Virus record (IMG/VR): IMGVR_UViG_3300042549_000858
Location: 918 to 64,917 of that record
Length of the DNA: 64,000 nt
Strand: one strand, 5' to 3'
Source: a virus
Lineage: Duplodnaviria; Caudoviricetes
This document shows, one piece after another, positions 62,367 to 64,000 of the stretch (positions within the stretch are counted from its first letter, which is position 1; every line of letters starts with the position of its first letter). The translations under genes were made by a program, and so were the position numbers. The notes under the pieces were generated by a model, which searched no databases, had not been told where the DNA came from, and saw only the letters and a list, made by a program, of their open reading frames with translations.

Positions 62367-64000
62367 ATGACCTCAAGGATTCCCTTTCTCTCCTCCGTGC
62401 TTGCCGACGAAGGCATGTACTGTGTGGTGGGACTAAAGAAAGGTGCCCCGAGGCAAACTTTTGTAGAGACGATTGAAGAAATAGATGGTGTAGTAGAAGG
62501 GCTGTTAGCACAGGGGTACGACGCGTACTTTGGATGTGCTAAATATTTAAACGCCTCAGAAGGGCGTACCGCACAAAACGCAAAATGGTTCAAAGCCTTT
62601 TGGGTTGACTTAGACTGCGGTGAGAATAAACCTTACGAAACACAAGCCGTTGCTTTAGATGCACTCAAGCAGTTTGTTAAGGACACAGGGCTACCACGCC
62701 CAACGATAGTGAACTCAGGCCGTGGCGTACACGCCTACTGGACACTGACCAAAGCAATTTTCTACAACGATTGGAAGCCATCGGCTGAAGCGTTCAAGAA
62801 GTTTTGTGCGGCTTACGACTTAAAGGCTGACCCTGCGGTGACCGCAGATGCGGCTCGTATCCTACGTATTCCCGAAACACTCAACCATAAAGATTCCCCA
62901 CCGTCACGAGTTGATGTGCTGGTTTCTTCTGGCGCTATGGAGTTCTCCCGATTCCAAGCGATTGTCGGTGCGGGTACTGAGGAAGAAGTCAACAACGAAC
63001 TTGGTTTCGCGGTGCCCACGCAACGCCGACCAATAGATGCAACCACTCGCGCCTTGATGGGAAACAGCATATCCCGCTTTGGGACAATCATGCGTAAGAG
63101 TGCGGAAGGTAAAGGTTGTGCGCAGCTCGTGCATATATACCGCAACCAGCAAGATGTTGAAGAGCCTTTGTGGAGAGCGGGGCTATCTATCGCCATTAAC
63201 TGTGAAGACGGTGAGTTGGCAATCCACAAGATTTCTCATGCCCATGAGGAGTACGACCCACAGGACACCAAGGTAAAGGCAGATGCCCTATTTGGTAAGC
63301 CTTATAAGTGCGCAACATTTCACAGCCTAAACTCCACAGGGTGCACCGACTGTCCGAACCGCAACAAGATTACATCGCCCATACAGATTGGGTCACAAAT
63401 CGCGGCGGCTACGGCAGAAGACAACATCGTGGTGATGCGCAACGCTACGCTGGAAGAAGACATTACGGTTGAGATTCCTGAGTATCCGTTCCCATACTTT
63501 CGTGGGAAGAACGGTGGGGTCTACAAGCGTGGCTTGCCTTCTGAGAAAGCCAAAAAGAAAGACGATGAGGAGACAGAAGAAGAACGCGACCACCTCATTT
63601 ATGAATACGACTTCTACGTGGTCAAGAGGCTAACTGACCCTGATGCTGGTGAATCTTTATGGATGCGCTTGCATATGCCCAAAGACGGCATACGGGAATT
63701 CTCTGCGCCGTTAGCAAGCGTCTTGTCGAAAGACAGATTTAGGGAAGTCATTGCTTTTCAAGGCGTGACTGCATACAACAAGAAATTGGATGGACTTATG
63801 GCTTATGTAACCCGTTGGGTAGGTGAATTGCAACAACTTGCAGAGGCTGAGAAAGCACGGCAACAGTTTGGATGGTGTGAGGACGACACGAAGTTTGTAG
63901 TTGGCAACCGTGAGATAACTGCCGCAGGGGTGAACTACAGCCCGTCGTCGCAAGCAACCGCAGAGTTAGCGACGATGTACACAAAGAAGGGCACGCTACA
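62367..64000 (+). CDS. AEP (RepB'-like) primase fused to DUF927-type helicase, 3'-truncated (absent from ORF track)
   Basis: Hand translation MTSRIPFLSSVL...FWVDLDCG...NSGRGVHAYW...DAARILRIP; Cys-rich PriCT-like region (EPLWR.GLS; C..F......C..C); QQFGW; no stop seen before the window end. Confidence 0.88.
   Translation, partial: MTSRIPFLSSVLADEGMYCVVGLKKGAPRQTFVETIEEIDGVVEGLLAQGYDAYFGCAKYLNASEGRTAQNAKWFKAFWVDLDCGENKPYETQAVALDALKQFVKDTGLPRPTIVNSGRGVHAYWTLTKAIFYNDWKPSAEAFKKFCAAYDLKADPAVTADAARILRIPETLNHKDSPPSRVDVLVSSGAMEFSRFQAIVGAGTEEEVNNELGFAVPTQRRPIDATTRALMGNSISRFGTIMRKSAEGKGCAQLVHIYRNQQDVEEPLWRAGLSIAINCEDGELAIHKISHAHEEYDPQDTKVKADALFGKPYKCATFHSLNSTGCTDCPNRNKITSPIQIGSQIAAATAEDNIVVMRNATLEEDITVEIPEYPFPYFRGKNGGVYKRGLPSEKAKKKDDEETEEERDHLIYEYDFYVVKRLTDPDAGESLWMRLHMPKDGIREFSAPLASVLSKDRFREVIAFQGVTAYNKKLDGLMAYVTRWVGELQQLAEAEKARQQFGWCEDDTKFVVGNREITAAGVNYSPSSQATAELATMYTKKGTL

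Noticed and set aside
1-64000. tRNA genes or alternative genetic code
   Set aside because: No cloverleaf or T-loop signature was seen by eye, and genes are full length and tightly packed under the standard code. tRNAscan-SE would be needed to exclude tRNAs formally.

Overview
The window is almost the whole genome (about 65 kb, apparently circularly permuted) of a short-tailed, podovirus-like dsDNA phage. The primase-helicase gene that starts at 62367 runs off the right edge, and what looks like its C-terminus occupies 1-450. The minus strand (735-41777) carries the late module: TerS/TerL, portal, GroES, scaffold, Mu-gpT-like major capsid protein, a cluster of small basic proteins, head-tail adaptors, a tail-fibre/Gly-rich cassette, holin and GH24 lysozyme, nozzle, a GNAT-like protein and three ejection proteins. 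The plus strand (42221-64000, then 1-640) carries the early and replication module: many small ORFs, DUF3150-like/AAA+/vWA-metallopeptidase genes, VRR-NUC, a stand-alone sigma70 region 4, PolA (Leu762 type), a Cas4-like nuclease, HNH, SNF2 helicase, SSB-like and HTH proteins, and an AEP primase-helicase. The small-ORF families suggest a freshwater betaproteobacterial host (inference only). I saw no integrase, tRNA, CRISPR array or reverse transcriptase. The most striking unexplained signals are: (1) ten copies of a 17-bp palindrome TTTCGTAC-N-GTACGAAA confined to 42095-50029, one at the centre of a mirror-symmetric, IHF-flanked AT-rich 337-bp element (candidate origin) and two bracketing an orphan 175-aa gene; (2) a [MYFLA]xxGG motif repeated about 22 times in 8 late proteins, plus a shared ADG-x3-KGKTKG tail in four of them; (3) a candidate anti-Shine-Dalgarno sRNA at 661-732; (4) a pseudoknotted RNA downstream of the capsid gene. 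All family assignments come from motifs recognised by eye, not from database searches.
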